Position numbers and translations under genes: made by a program. Under the pieces are notes generated by a model that saw only the letters and a list, made by a program, of their open reading frames with translations, was not told the DNA's origin and did no database searches. From positions 1 to 64,000 of IMG/VR virus record IMGVR_UViG_3300049927_000072: a DNA stretch of 64,000 nucleotides; one strand, given 5' to 3'. The stretch is from a virus. Shown in pieces: positions 10,095 through 18,390 of this stretch (position 1 is the stretch's first letter; every line of letters starts with the position of its first letter).

Positions 10095-10346
10095 TTAGTC
10101 GCCTCGATCCAACACGGGATGCGGTTTCTTTTCGTAGAGGATGTCGATGTGATCCGGGAACGTCTCGATGTTGAGCACTTGGTCGGGCGCTGGCGGAGCG
10201 ATAGCGAGCCGTGTGCACTCGGTGCCAGAGGGATCGAGGATCACAGCTTCGGCCCCGCCGTTGTTCAGGCGGAACGTGACGCACGTAAAATCATTGTTGA
10301 GCGTTATCACGATGTGGTCGCGCGAGAGCGGGCGGACTGCGGTCAT
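10095..10346 (-). CDS. hypothetical protein
   Basis: Operon-coupled ORF. Confidence 0.6.
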   Translation of the reverse strand: MTAVRPLSRDHIVITLNNDFTCVTFRLNNGGAEAVILDPSGTECTRLAIAPPAPDQVLNIETFPDHIDILYEKKPHPVLDRGD

Positions 10347-10609
10347 TGCGCGGCCTCTTTGGTGAACATGATTTTGACAACGCCGTGCACGCGCTCAAGA
10401 ACGAATACGTGCTTATCGTAGTCGACCTTGAAACTGTTCGGATCGTCTGGATTTTCCAATACATTCCGATCCACGAAGCCCTCTTCTTCGTCGGCAGTCT
10501 GCACGTGCGTTTGCTCAACGCCGTCCACTGTCACAACACACCGATGACCCGCTATCTTTGCCAGCAATGGTAGATAGCCCGGATCATCTTCGAAAACTGA
10601 AATTCTCAT
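10343..10609 (-). CDS. hypothetical phage protein
   Basis: V.VDG.E...V.TADEEEG.V pattern; ATG 10609. Confidence 0.65.
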   Translation of the reverse strand: MRISVFEDDPGYLPLLAKIAGHRCVVTVDGVEQTHVQTADEEEGFVDRNVLENPDDPNSFKVDYDKHVFVLERVHGVVKIMFTKEAAQ

Positions 10610-10917
10610 AGCGTGTCGTACTCCCCCGCCCATATTTCACTTACGCGACCGCCCGATCCAAGGCCGAAACGATCCGCGATTTCTTGAGTGCTCTCGATCC
10701 GGCTCGAATTATTGAGTGGCTTGATCCGGTCACGGATGGCCGCGGTCACGCGAATGCCGGGTTTGCGTGATGTCTCCGCGCTCGCGTGGAAATCTCGATG
10801 CGTGTAGGCATAAGCCTGACTGAGATATTGAAGCACCCCTTCAATATTATCCGCGAGAGCTTGCGTGCGTGCATGCTCTAAAGCTTTCCGTAATTTCTTC
10901 ACGTCCCCCGTCGCCAT
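10606..10917 (-). CDS. putative HTH DNA-binding protein
   Basis: C-terminal STQEIADRFGLGSGGRVSEI. Confidence 0.6.
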   Translation of the reverse strand: MATGDVKKLRKALEHARTQALADNIEGVLQYLSQAYAYTHRDFHASAETSRKPGIRVTAAIRDRIKPLNNSSRIESTQEIADRFGLGSGGRVSEIWAGEYDTL

Positions 10918-10919
10918 TA

Positions 10920-11318
10920 TTATAGTCCCCTCGTGGCTTGCTGTTGCTCCACCATTTTCTTGCGGAGCTTATAGATCAAATCTTTCTGCGCTTTCATTGC
11001 GGCATCGAATGCCGCGCCGAGTGCAGCGCCGGGCGTGTCGTGGTGATGCGTTGTGAGCGTGCGCCATTCGCCGCGCGGAGTGTGCGTGCCGAAGCCGCCG
11101 TGCTCGATCAATTGCTCAACACGAAACGTGTTGCACTTGTATTCGACGCGGGGTGCAAAACCAGCGGTATCGCAAATGTCGTCAGCTATACTCACGTCGC
11201 CAATTGCGTATAACCCGACGATGCGGATCACTCGCGTCGGCACCATATGCGCGATCACGCGCTCACGCGCGGATGCTTTATTGAGAAGCGCGACAAGCGC
11301 TGGCGCGGGCATGCTCAT
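10920..11318 (-). CDS. hypothetical protein
   Basis: ATG 11318 overlapping upstream stop. Confidence 0.55.
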   Translation of the reverse strand: MSMPAPALVALLNKASARERVIAHMVPTRVIRIVGLYAIGDVSIADDICDTAGFAPRVEYKCNTFRVEQLIEHGGFGTHTPRGEWRTLTTHHHDTPGAALGAAFDAAMKAQKDLIYKLRKKMVEQQQATRGL

Positions 11319-11515
11319 ATCTCGACCTCGTCGCCGATGCGAATACGATCCAAATCCATGAGCACAATACGCCCGGACTTGACGACAACCGCTGCCTTGA
11401 CTTCGAGTGCCGCTTGCACAGAGCCGACGCGCGCGCCACCGACGTTGACAAGTTGAAGCAAGTCGCCCGCATGCATCACGTCGCTGTCTCCGTCGAGGTA
11501 GTGGATCAGAGCCAT
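11315..11515 (-). CDS. hypothetical protein
   Basis: Operon-coupled ORF. Confidence 0.5.
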   Translation of the reverse strand: MALIHYLDGDSDVMHAGDLLQLVNVGGARVGSVQAALEVKAAVVVKSGRIVLMDLDRIRIGDEVEI

Positions 11516-11673
11516 GTCGACACCACAAGGCCAGCGCCGAACGCGGCAAGTGTGACCCACGCAAGCACGTACGCCGAATGCCGCATCTTCGGCAACGTTG
11601 CCATGTAACCGACTATGAGCACATGCAGGCTAAAGAGGATCAGGATGGCCCAGACCGCGAGATTGTGGATCAT
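11506..11673 (-). CDS. small membrane protein (2 TM)
   Basis: Two hydrophobic stretches. Confidence 0.55.
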   Translation of the reverse strand: MIHNLAVWAILILFSLHVLIVGYMATLPKMRHSAYVLAWVTLAAFGAGLVVSTWL

Positions 11674-11951
11674 GATTTGACCCCGAAGATTTTCGCAAAA
11701 TAAGAATGCGCGTTCGCCCCACTCCACGTGCCTACGAACGCGCCAGCTGCGGCAGGGATAAGCAGTGAGTGGTCCCCGACGTAACTGATCGTGACGAAAC
11801 CTGAGACGGTTATCATGATGGCGGCCCACAGGCCGGACTTGACCGGCGTGTGCTTTTGCAGCGACTTGGTGTAGCCGACCCAAATGATGTCGAGCACGAC
11901 AAGCCCGACGAACACGGCGATCCATGATGTGAGATGAAAATTATTTAGCAT
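11670..11951 (-). CDS. membrane protein (3 TM)
   Basis: Three hydrophobic helices; GAFVGT motif. Confidence 0.65.
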   Translation of the reverse strand: MLNNFHLTSWIAVFVGLVVLDIIWVGYTKSLQKHTPVKSGLWAAIMITVSGFVTISYVGDHSLLIPAAAGAFVGTWSGANAHSYFAKIFGVKS

Positions 11952-12156
11952 CGCGGATCGCCTTTGCTACCGCCGCGGGGTCTTCTTGCACGAGATACAT
12001 CCCCCCGGACGTGCGTATCTGCGTGGCGTTCGGCTGCTTCGAATTATATGACAGTGACACGTCGGCGACTTGCGATGGCGCGATGTAGACCGGCCTGCCC
12101 GCCATGTCGGTGAACTGCAACAGCGCGATGAAGAGGAACGGCAGAAATTTTTTCAT
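11941..12156 (-). CDS. hypothetical protein
   Basis: Operon-coupled ORF with hydrophobic N-terminus. Confidence 0.6.
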   Translation of the reverse strand: MKKFLPFLFIALLQFTDMAGRPVYIAPSQVADVSLSYNSKQPNATQIRTSGGMYLVQEDPAAVAKAIRDAK

Positions 12157-12398
12157 GTGAGCGCCACCATTAGTGCATCAAAGTCGGACCACTCTAATGG
12201 GGCGTAAAAGTAGATAACCGAGCCACACGAAACCACTCTGCGTTTTGTGTAGTGGTGGCGCGTGTGCGTTTCGCTCACCTTGTCAACCAGACCGGAGTAG
12301 ACGCTCACCGTGCCGTTATACTTGACAGGGAATGCGTCGCTGCCGCAGTCCGTCATCCCGATCCCGTGGCAAGGGCCGCCAATGCAGCGGATTGTCAT
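12153..12398 (-). CDS. hypothetical protein (IGGPxHG motif)
   Basis: Operon-coupled ORF. Confidence 0.6.
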   Translation of the reverse strand: MTIRCIGGPCHGIGMTDCGSDAFPVKYNGTVSVYSGLVDKVSETHTRHHYTKRRVVSCGSVIYFYAPLEWSDFDALMVALT

Positions 12399-12808
12399 GG
12401 CGTCACCAAAAGGTTTGTCAGCTTCGGCCGCCGCGTGCGGATGTAAGCTCCAATCAATAAGAAGGCGAACATCTGAACAGTGTAAGCCTTGAATTCGGCG
12501 GACGGGTCGCGCTCACCCATCGACACGCACAGAAGATCGAACACGTGCGTAGCCTCGTGCACGAGCAATGCGAATATGGCGAGCGGCGAACTTTTGAGAT
12601 CGTCCGCCCCAATAAACACGAGCGCGAGCTTTTCGTCATCGCCGCGAGCTAATTCCATCGTGGTGCCGTCCGTCTTCGGGTACGGCGGTGGATTTTGTAT
12701 GCCAAGCTTTTTAACCGCGCGCTTGTACGCGCGTTCGTTGGGGCAAAACCCATAGGTGAACGGAAAGCAACCGCCGTGATTGTTGAGCCAGACCACTTTG
12801 TCGGTCAT
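12395..12808 (-). CDS. putative zincin-like metalloprotein
   Basis: LVHEATH (HExxH) followed by E..AY. Confidence 0.65.
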   Translation of the reverse strand: MTDKVVWLNNHGGCFPFTYGFCPNERAYKRAVKKLGIQNPPPYPKTDGTTMELARGDDEKLALVFIGADDLKSSPLAIFALLVHEATHVFDLLCVSMGERDPSAEFKAYTVQMFAFLLIGAYIRTRRPKLTNLLVTP

Positions 12809-13308
12809 CGCTTCGCCTTCCTCTGTTTTGGAGGGTACCGAAGCGCGACGGCGTGGATTGGCGCGCGGCAGTGAATATCCCAGTCGCAAACAATTCGGGC
12901 GGCCTCATAGGCTGTCTTGCCCGCTGCCATCGCGCCTATAGCGATCTCTGCGCCTGTCCCGACCGCAGCAAATCCGCGATTGAAAACACATACGCCAATC
13001 TCCGCGTCTTTCTTATCCGGGGTATCGGACGTGGCGACCGTGAAAATGTGGCCGTTCGGCAGCACGAGCAAGCCGGTCCAGTCGAGCCGCAACTCTTGCA
13101 GCTTCGAACGCAACGGCAAATCTTTCTCGTGCTTTACGTTCTCTAGCAACAATTCCACGTCGCGGCTGTCGCCTTCGCCAGCGCCGCCGAGCAACGCGCC
13201 CGACTTGAGACGCCGGATTTTCGTCAGAGAGATTTCCTGCAACCCTTCCGACGTGGCCCAACAACTGTCGCAGGCCATGATGCCGTGTCGGTACGTGATA
13301 ACCGTCAT
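12805..13308 (-). CDS. Ntn-hydrolase, proteasome-beta/HslV-like protease
   Basis: N-terminal MT, DS motif, K, GGAG, AVGTG..IAIGAM. Confidence 0.75.
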   Translation of the reverse strand: MTVITYRHGIMACDSCWATSEGLQEISLTKIRRLKSGALLGGAGEGDSRDVELLLENVKHEKDLPLRSKLQELRLDWTGLLVLPNGHIFTVATSDTPDKKDAEIGVCVFNRGFAAVGTGAEIAIGAMAAGKTAYEAARIVCDWDIHCRAPIHAVALRYPPKQRKAKR

Positions 13309-13502
13309 CCCCCGTCCCCTGTCACTTTACCAATTTGGATAGAAGCCGCCACTCCACAAAACAAACTGCACGGCGATCAGGGCGGCAAGGTTGATCAAAT
13401 GACTGCGCAGCGTGCTTGCGTAAACCGCGCCGTTCATCTGCCATAGCTCATAGAACACGCCGAGAGCGAAGACCGCGAGTATCGTGTATTGCTGCCAGTG
13501 CA

Positions 13503-13697
13503 TCACGTTGCCTTCGGAAGCGCGCGGATGTTTTCGAGCACCCCTTGCAGAAATCCGAGCACGAAGCTTTGGGAAGGCCCGTCACTGTCGCCGTTCTCAT
13601 TGACAAGAAACACGGTGCGCTCAACAACGGCAGGAAGGTGCATGCCTGCCGCGTACGCATCCTGACCTTCCCGGAATAGTGGTCCGTCGATTACCAT
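13503..13697 (-). CDS. hypothetical protein
   Basis: Operon-coupled ORF. Confidence 0.55.
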   Translation of the reverse strand: MVIDGPLFREGQDAYAAGMHLPAVVERTVFLVNENGDSDGPSQSFVLGFLQGVLENIRALPKAT

Positions 13698-14044
13698 TAT
13701 ACTGGTCCTGTCGGTTGACCGAAACCGTGGATTTCTAGCGTGTCATTCGTCGGCATGATCTCGCGGCGCGGCGCGCCGTGAATTTCCATCGCGGCGACCG
13801 CGAGCGCACCAACCTTGCGTACACTTTCGAGTGTCCGCGCATCGCACGCTGGCGACCGATCGGTCGAGCTAGTGAGGATCGCGCGATCAAGATACACTTT
13901 CATGTAGAGCAGGTACGCAGCAAGCTCGTGCTCTGCATTCGTATCTCCGGGATTTGTTCCGCCAGCGCTCTCGCGCAATGCGTCCTGATAGTTTCGCTCG
14001 CTACTCAATGCGGCGAATACTTCCTCACGTGTTGCTTTCGGCAT
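13697..14044 (-). CDS. putative MazG-like all-alpha NTP pyrophosphohydrolase
   Basis: ERNYQD...RKVGALAVAAME pattern. Confidence 0.55.
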   Translation of the reverse strand: MPKATREEVFAALSSERNYQDALRESAGGTNPGDTNAEHELAAYLLYMKVYLDRAILTSSTDRSPACDARTLESVRKVGALAVAAMEIHGAPRREIMPTNDTLEIHGFGQPTGPV

Positions 14045-14342
14045 TTGCTGTCTCCCATGTTCGCCAGTCGAGGCGCACAACGCCCCATGCTTGACCATGT
14101 TTCATAACTTTGATTTCGGTGCCTGCATCCATGAGCGGCGCAAGCTCTGCGGCGAGACCGCGCGGCACGTGGCCGATGATGCGGTTGCCCCAGTTAATTG
14201 CGATGGCGTTCTTGTCGTATTTGTTCTCCGGCTGGCGTCGCAGGATCAGCGGACTACCGTTACGCAGTCTGCCGATCAGATTGCCAGCGCCCGGGTAAAA
14301 GGTGCTGCCAACAATGCTTGCGATGCGCAGATGTTCAGCCAT
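14025..14342 (-). CDS. HIRAN-domain protein
   Basis: IVGSTF, L.L.RQPENKYDKNAIAI, IGHVPR. Confidence 0.88.
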   Translation of the reverse strand: MAEHLRIASIVGSTFYPGAGNLIGRLRNGSPLILRRQPENKYDKNAIAINWGNRIIGHVPRGLAAELAPLMDAGTEIKVMKHGQAWGVVRLDWRTWETANAESNT

Positions 14343-14553
14343 TTGGAGGGCTCTGCTCGACCACTGGCTTCTTGGTCGGCCATGTTTCGGTGATGAACAG
14401 CGCCGAGCTTGTGGTGATCCACAAAGTGATCTCGCTGCCCGGGAAAAGAACTCCCTCTGGGCCGCCGCTCGAAAGGCAGGTGCCGCGATAATTCACATCG
14501 CCGTTGCTGTCTGCCTCGTTTCGAATGGTGATTTTCGTTGTCATATCAGGCAC
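14335..14553 (-). CDS. hypothetical protein
   Basis: ORF with AAGGG SD. Confidence 0.55.
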   Translation of the reverse strand: MPDMTTKITIRNEADSNGDVNYRGTCLSSGGPEGVLFPGSEITLWITTSSALFITETWPTKKPVVEQSPPNG

Positions 14554-14762
14554 ATCCCTTTTCTATCTGTAGTGCCCGACCGTGCGCGGCAGGCCGGGTG
14601 GAGTGCCGCGCACGGTCAAGCTATCAGGCGGGGAGACCGCCAGATAAATTTAGAGGCGCGCTGTGCGTAACGTCGAGATCGTACTGTCGCCGAAGCAACA
14701 AATATCGCGACCGCCTCTAACTCAGTGTGATGAAAAACCCCCCGAAGGACTTTTCCCCGTAA

Positions 14763-15233
14763 TTAGGCCGTCGGATCGAACTCTTCCGCCGGGACCGCTT
14801 CATTTTCAGTTTGACCGCCGACGCCCGCGAGCGCTGTGTTGCACGCTTCGGCAACCTTGTCATAGTCGGCTGGCTTGACCTGAGAGATTTGCTGCACGCT
14901 GGCCTCTTCTTCGAGGATCGCAGACGCTTCCTGCTTTCCGAGCGCATCATTGGTAGCAACCGCACGAATTAGATTTCGCACTTGTTCGTAGCTGTACTTG
15001 CCGACCTTTGCCGGTGGCGGCGCGGCTGGCTTCGCAACCGTTGGCTTGGCAGCCGTGGGTCTCGCGGCCGAAGTGGCCGCAGGCTTCGTCGTCGCTGGCT
15101 TGGTAGTTTGTGCCGTGCTCGCGGCAGTGGCGACAGTCTTCGCAGCACCCGCGACGGCAGCTTTCGCTACGCCGTGTACCGCGGCAATCCCGTGCGCCGC
15201 TGCAATAAGAACTTCTGCTAACTTGTCAGACAT
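14763..15233 (-). CDS. Ala/Thr/Pro-linker protein with C-terminal helical domain, of the kind usually found next to DUF2800/DUF2815
   Basis: EQVR...GKQEA.AIL...ISQVKP.DY; GGGGGAC SD. Confidence 0.7.
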   Translation of the reverse strand: MSDKLAEVLIAAAHGIAAVHGVAKAAVAGAAKTVATAASTAQTTKPATTKPAATSAARPTAAKPTVAKPAAPPPAKVGKYSYEQVRNLIRAVATNDALGKQEASAILEEEASVQQISQVKPADYDKVAEACNTALAGVGGQTENEAVPAEEFDPTA

Positions 15234-15267
15234 TACGTCCCCCCGTTTGGTATTCAGTCAGTGATTG

Positions 15268-15297
15268 GTGGTAGCAAAACTAAATTCGTTTCGTCAA
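15268..15297 (-). promoter_or_regulatory. sigma70-like promoter for replication operon
   Basis: TTGACG-N18-TACCAC on minus strand, AT-rich upstream. Confidence 0.55.
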
Positions 15298-15315
15298 GCA
15301 TCCTCGAAATATTTT

Positions 15316-15645
15316 TTATCTTTGTTCGGTACAATTTCGGCAGACCGTGGCGAACCAAGGAGAGCACGGATAGCTCACGTCCCTATGACAGAATATACAC
15401 CGCGTCAGTTTTAATTCGGGCGTCGGCCCTTTGAAGCGCAGCGGTGTATCATACAGCGTGCAAAAGTTGCTGCCCAGTGAACCGGGATGCTCCACAACGC
15501 CCTCTTGTCGCATATCCAGTTTCAGGTGCTCGAATGCGCGGCACGCTGTTGCGTGATCCCGAAATGTGATCTCGACGCTGAGGCCCTCCGCCGGGATGTT
15601 GCGTTCGGCGAGCCAGTACCGCAACGCGTACATCATGTCTTTCAT
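15316..15645 (-). CDS. hypothetical protein, C-terminal Cys cluster
   Basis: ORF; CIFC...C...CRNC. Confidence 0.6.
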   Translation of the reverse strand: MKDMMYALRYWLAERNIPAEGLSVEITFRDHATACRAFEHLKLDMRQEGVVEHPGSLGSNFCTLYDTPLRFKGPTPELKLTRCIFCHRDVSYPCSPWFATVCRNCTEQR

Positions 15646-15983
15646 GATCTCTGCCTCTTTCGAAGCGCGCGCCGTCGCGTCTTGAGGCCCTTCTGAAATC
15701 GTATCACACGATCTTCGAGGTTATTCAGAATTTCGCGTGCTTCAAATCGAAATGCGAACTGCCGCTCCGGCCCGTTATTGTGGAAAGCTAAGTTCGCCTT
15801 TGCGACATAGTCATCTCGCCATGTTCTATGGCCCTGCGTACCGCTATAATGCAGTCGAGCCTCTCTGAAATTTTCCCACCAGCGGCAGCCTGCGCAGACG
15901 TGCAAAAGTTTTCCGGCTTTGCTCAATGTCGCGACGTAGCGATAGCCGCGCAAGTTACTGCGGATTTGAAGTTTGTATGTCAT
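15642..15983 (-). CDS. hypothetical protein (AGCR.W..F.EA..HY motif)
   Basis: ATG 15983 overlapping upstream stop. Confidence 0.6.
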   Translation of the reverse strand: MTYKLQIRSNLRGYRYVATLSKAGKLLHVCAGCRWWENFREARLHYSGTQGHRTWRDDYVAKANLAFHNNGPERQFAFRFEAREILNNLEDRVIRFQKGLKTRRRALRKRQRS

Positions 15984-16364
15984 TTTATCAACGCCGCCGA
16001 TAGCAGCGCGCTCGCAAGAACAAACTGCCCGACCAGAAGATCGACAATCACCCAAAGAGGCACCGCCTCATGAATTGTGGGTGTCGCGGTCCACAGCAAA
16101 ACCACAAGGGCGACCGCCATCACAATGCCATGCGCCAAGATATTTCGCCTGCGATTTGTCATCGGCAAAACATCGCTTGCATCAGTATCCCAACTAAGAA
16201 TGCCGCATAAGAAAATGCGAACACAACTGGGATTAAACTAGCATAGCGCGACGGCACCCAGAGCCAAGGCCAAAACGATAACAGCGTCTCAATGCTGCCG
16301 TAGCGGTGCGCTAACCAATCCTGATAGCGACTTGAGCTTGGGTCTCTTTCGCCGTCGCGTAAGA

Positions 16365-16760
16365 TCATATGCCCTCTCCATCGGTCTTCCATCGCGGCTC
16401 GCCGTGCTTCAGGTAGTTGTCAATCGCGCGGGCGGCCTGCTTTGGCGTGACCTTATTATAGTTCATAATGTTGTCAGGATAGAAGAGCAAATGTGCATGC
16501 TCGAAAAAACTCGGGCGCAGAGTTTGCTTTAGTCGCCCTTCGACCCACCCGCCGATGCAACACACCGCGCCGCAACCGTCACGTGAGGCCCAGTAGCCCA
16601 TATTGAAATAGCGCGTAAAAGACAGTCGCGTCTTTATCCTGAGACCTCTTGTCCAGCCCTGAAAAGACGGGGTGTGCTTGATTGTGCCGCGGCGAAGATT
16701 GTCGCGCAGCCATCGGAGCGCGTTAATTTCTTTTTTGGTCAGTTTGAATGGCGTGCTCAT
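16365..16760 (-). CDS. hypothetical phage protein
   Basis: FNM..W...CG.VCCIGGW, VTP.QAA.AI.NYL motifs. Confidence 0.65.
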   Translation of the reverse strand: MSTPFKLTKKEINALRWLRDNLRRGTIKHTPSFQGWTRGLRIKTRLSFTRYFNMGYWASRDGCGAVCCIGGWVEGRLKQTLRPSFFEHAHLLFYPDNIMNYNKVTPKQAARAIDNYLKHGEPRWKTDGEGI

Positions 16761-16929
16761 GTCGTCTACCTTTTGCTTGCCGCCCAAAATATCGCGCCGA
16801 GACAAGCCAACATAGTCAACGGCACGAGCCCGGGGAAATGGATTATTGGCATTTCAGGTTGCACGACCAGAAACGCGGTCGACAGCGCCACGAGCGCCAC
16901 GAGCCCGCAGACGATAATCACAATCCTGT

Positions 16930-17142
16930 TCATCGACCTTGCTCCGCTTCTGCACCATCGGCGAGCGCAACTATCCGCGCAGCTTCCTGAAGATTAAAGG
17001 CACGCGCGCGGCATGTCAGGGCGTCTTCGCGCGCTTTCGCACACAGCAGTGCGTGTTCGTCGGCTTTCTGGTCATGACACTGGGCTTGGAACAATTGAAG
17101 CTCGCGCACGAGCCAAAGCGTTTCACGAATACGAGTGCTCAT
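16930..17142 (-). CDS. hypothetical protein
   Basis: Operon-coupled ORF. Confidence 0.5.
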   Translation of the reverse strand: MSTRIRETLWLVRELQLFQAQCHDQKADEHALLCAKAREDALTCRARAFNLQEAARIVALADGAEAEQGR

Positions 17143-17389
17143 GATGGCTGCGCCTTTATGAGATCGTCCAACATTTTCATGCGGATGCGCGTGAGAACTA
17201 TTTGTCGAAACTTTTTTGCCGTGAGGACTTTACCATTGTACTCAATCTCGTCGCCCAAGAACGTCGGCGGCTTGGTACCGCGCGTCAAGATGCGGCTGCA
17301 CGCAATCTGATCGGAAATTTGGTCGAACGTCATGATCGTTGCGAAGTCGCGCATGGGTGAACGTAGCCCCTCGTGACGCCGCGGCTTTC

Positions 17390-17755
17390 TCATAACCCTA
17401 GCCGCTTTGCAACATCGCGCGCACAAATATAATCGTAAAGCGCCGCGCATTTGCTCTTGCCGTGTTTCTTTTCGAACTCAGTGAGGGCGAGCCGACCGCG
17501 AATGCGCTCCATCTGGCTTTGTGAGCACGCTTGCGCCGACAATTTATCAAACTCGGTGTACTCGTGCCACTTGAATGGCAGAAGTTTTGCACTGAGTACG
17601 AGCAGCGGTCCGGCATGTTTGATGCCAGTTAGGTTATCCACCATCTCGCGACGAATGCCGGTGACCTGCGTCATTGCGAACGAGCCGCGAGGTTTAGCCT
17701 TTACCCGGGTACGCTTTATAACGTTCTTTGTCGATCTCGGATGTCGGTGTGTCAT
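17390..17755 (-). CDS. hypothetical basic protein
   Basis: Operon-coupled ORF. Confidence 0.55.
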   Translation of the reverse strand: MTHRHPRSTKNVIKRTRVKAKPRGSFAMTQVTGIRREMVDNLTGIKHAGPLLVLSAKLLPFKWHEYTEFDKLSAQACSQSQMERIRGRLALTEFEKKHGKSKCAALYDYICARDVAKRLGL

Positions 17756-18291
17756 CCGAACGCCCCAAAGGCGGCAGAAAAAGGTGGCGCGGGAAAACTA
17801 CCACTCCCTGAGCCTGCGGAGCTAGTGCCGCCACCGTTGTCAGGTGACGGCGGAGGGCTTCCATGTCCGCCGCCAGAATGGTGTGAGCTTCCTCCGTGCT
17901 TATGATTGTCAGGCTTGCTCCGGTGTAATGCTCCTGATTTCTTGTGAGTTTTTTTATGCAGTAGCGCTGCAAACTTCTTCGGTACCGGAAGCGGCGCAAC
18001 CGCCGGATCAGATTTTGGAGCATCGTCGGTCACCTGTGAACAGTTTGCGCCCGCACGCATCGCATCATAGCGGCCGGGTGTGTCGCAGCGACTTTCATCG
18101 TCGTCTGCAATTTTCGTTTCGATTTGTTTGATTGCTGGCAAGACACCGTGACTGATTTCGTACCGCACGCTCGGGAGCGGGTTCGGTGTTGCGACATGTT
18201 TGTTCTGCGGCATGCTGTATAAGACAGCGATGACGAGCACGGCCCAACAGGCGAACAAGAAAGTGAGAGACTTCCAGTTGTGTGTCTGCAT
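17752..18291 (-). CDS. membrane-anchored protein with His/Gly/Ser/Pro-rich tail
   Basis: N-terminal TM, low-complexity C-terminus; ATG 18291 about 8 nt from predicted -10. Confidence 0.6.
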   Translation of the reverse strand: MQTHNWKSLTFLFACWAVLVIAVLYSMPQNKHVATPNPLPSVRYEISHGVLPAIKQIETKIADDDESRCDTPGRYDAMRAGANCSQVTDDAPKSDPAVAPLPVPKKFAALLHKKTHKKSGALHRSKPDNHKHGGSSHHSGGGHGSPPPSPDNGGGTSSAGSGSGSFPAPPFSAAFGAFG

Positions 18292-18299
18292 GAGGACAG

Positions 18300-18361
18300 G
18301 GTCTACGGAAAAGTCGGCAGCACTGTCAAGTCTTGCTAAAAAAAAATTCTTCGCGTACAGG
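18300..18361. promoter_or_regulatory. back-to-back divergent promoters
   Basis: Leftward TTGACA-N18-TAGACC; rightward TTGCTA-N17-TACAGG. Confidence 0.65.
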
Positions 18362-18390
18362 TGCATTTCGATTTCAGTCCGGGGGGACAC

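Noticed and set aside
2051-14044. Z-base (2-aminoadenine) pathway from HD hydrolase, MazG-like gene and PolA
   Set aside because: No PurZ in the window and the HD protein looks YfbR-like; cannot be excluded outside the window.
14560-14760. tRNA gene
   Set aside because: No cloverleaf or T-loop GTTCRA in proper context.
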